This document shows, one piece after another, positions 62,969-64,000 of a stretch of 64,000 nucleotides of DNA. Under the pieces are notes generated by a model. It was not told where the DNA came from. It saw only the letters and a list, made by a program, of their open reading frames with translations, and searched no databases. The position numbers and the translations under genes are program-made. The DNA is from Botryllus schlosseri (Eukaryota), in the NCBI GenBank assembly GCA_051294905.1, contig CM119374.1, positions 17,856,001 to 17,920,000 of the forward strand. The letters run 5' to 3'. Within the stretch, counting starts at the first letter, position 1; each line of letters begins with the position of its first letter.

Positions 62969-64000
62969 ATCACGTATCTCTCTCAGTAGAGCACCAGTAG
63001 GTTGGATCCCGTCAAGGTTATAAATGGAACTATCCTGAATAGGTTGTGGGCGGGATTCTAGAGTTGGCATTATCTGACTAGTATAACAAATCGCCTCTTG
63101 AGGATTTTTGTATTGTCAATCTCGACTGATAGTTACCAATGCGGATAAAACACTTTAAATTCTTCAAAGTTGGACAGATGCCACGAATGGCAATCCACAT
63201 ATTCCATGCCAACCATGTTTGATAAAAAGATCCATGAATTCACAAAGGATTGAGTGGATTCAGCCCAACATCAAAAGACGTCCGGCTACATTTCATTTCC
63301 AGATAGGGCATGTTAGTGGGAAATGATATTCGGGTGCTTCATGCATTAATACCAAGTCTCACGCATATACTGCAAGCAACACATAACGAAGTCTATCGAG
63401 ACTCACACACAATTACCCTACGAGCGCTCTCTCAACGAAAGGTCAATTCATACTTTCTATGCTGTCAGCCTGCGATGTACTTAGGCTTGAATCTTATGAC
63501 ATAATTACGCTGTGCCGACACTGTAAGTTTCACCAATTATTACCATCAGTAAGCCTATCACAGCACAGTATGCCATATGCCAACCTGAAGCTACCATGAA
63601 TGTAGATGAAGATCGACCTTGCAAGCACCCTTGCTTAGAGGACAATCACTTTCAACGTGATCATGGCGCTTACTGGGGCAAGGCAAAACCAAGATTCTGA
63701 ATGTAGTGATGATGCAACAGTCTGTAACATGCGGAAAGTTCAAAGAAGTTTCATTTATGAGACTTTAATAAAATAATACCAGTTTTACATCCCATAAAGA
63801 TAATTTCGGGCATTTTTTTTCGACAGTACCTATTACATTGCACTTTACGAAAATGCTGCGGACTGATCATGACTTCACAGAAATGCTGTTACCGCTTACG
63901 TACGTAGCTTTGCGCTACATTGGATGATGCGATATGACTAATCAAAGTTTCAAGGCTTAACTCGGTGCGAACTAAGTATCGAAACTAGAACTTTCATTGA

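Noticed and set aside
63000-63750. Decayed LINE reverse-transcriptase tail
   Set aside because: A long stop-poor frame exists but no diagnostic RT motif could be identified with confidence.

Overview
AT-rich animal (probably invertebrate) genomic DNA with GT-AG spliced genes and a very dense, deeply nested transposon landscape. Four host genes were rebuilt exon by exon: a 13-exon SLC5A8/SLC5A12/NIS-like sodium:solute symporter (+, 1216-16616), 9-exon FNTA (-, 35111-41897), intronless MARCHF5 (+, 47760-48650) and 11-exon PCID2 (+, 49788-62729). A possible fifth spliced gene with C2-domain-like segments lies on the minus strand (about 42265-46890). Almost the whole SLC5-FNTA intergenic space is one 17.4-kb unit (17054-34416) bounded by 14-bp TIRs and a perfect 8-bp TSD. 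Inside it are a decayed ISL2EU element, a 6.4-kb foldback element whose arms are inverted arrays of 205-bp repeats, and a Harbinger with two intact genes but only one TIR and a 173-bp flanking duplication. PCID2 intron 2 holds a CMC/Chapaev3-like transposase (one nonsense codon) between ~510-bp TIRs with hAT-like ends and an apparent 8-bp TSD. All calls come from manual reading and recalled family motifs; no searches or alignments were run, and boundaries described as approximate may be off by tens of bases.
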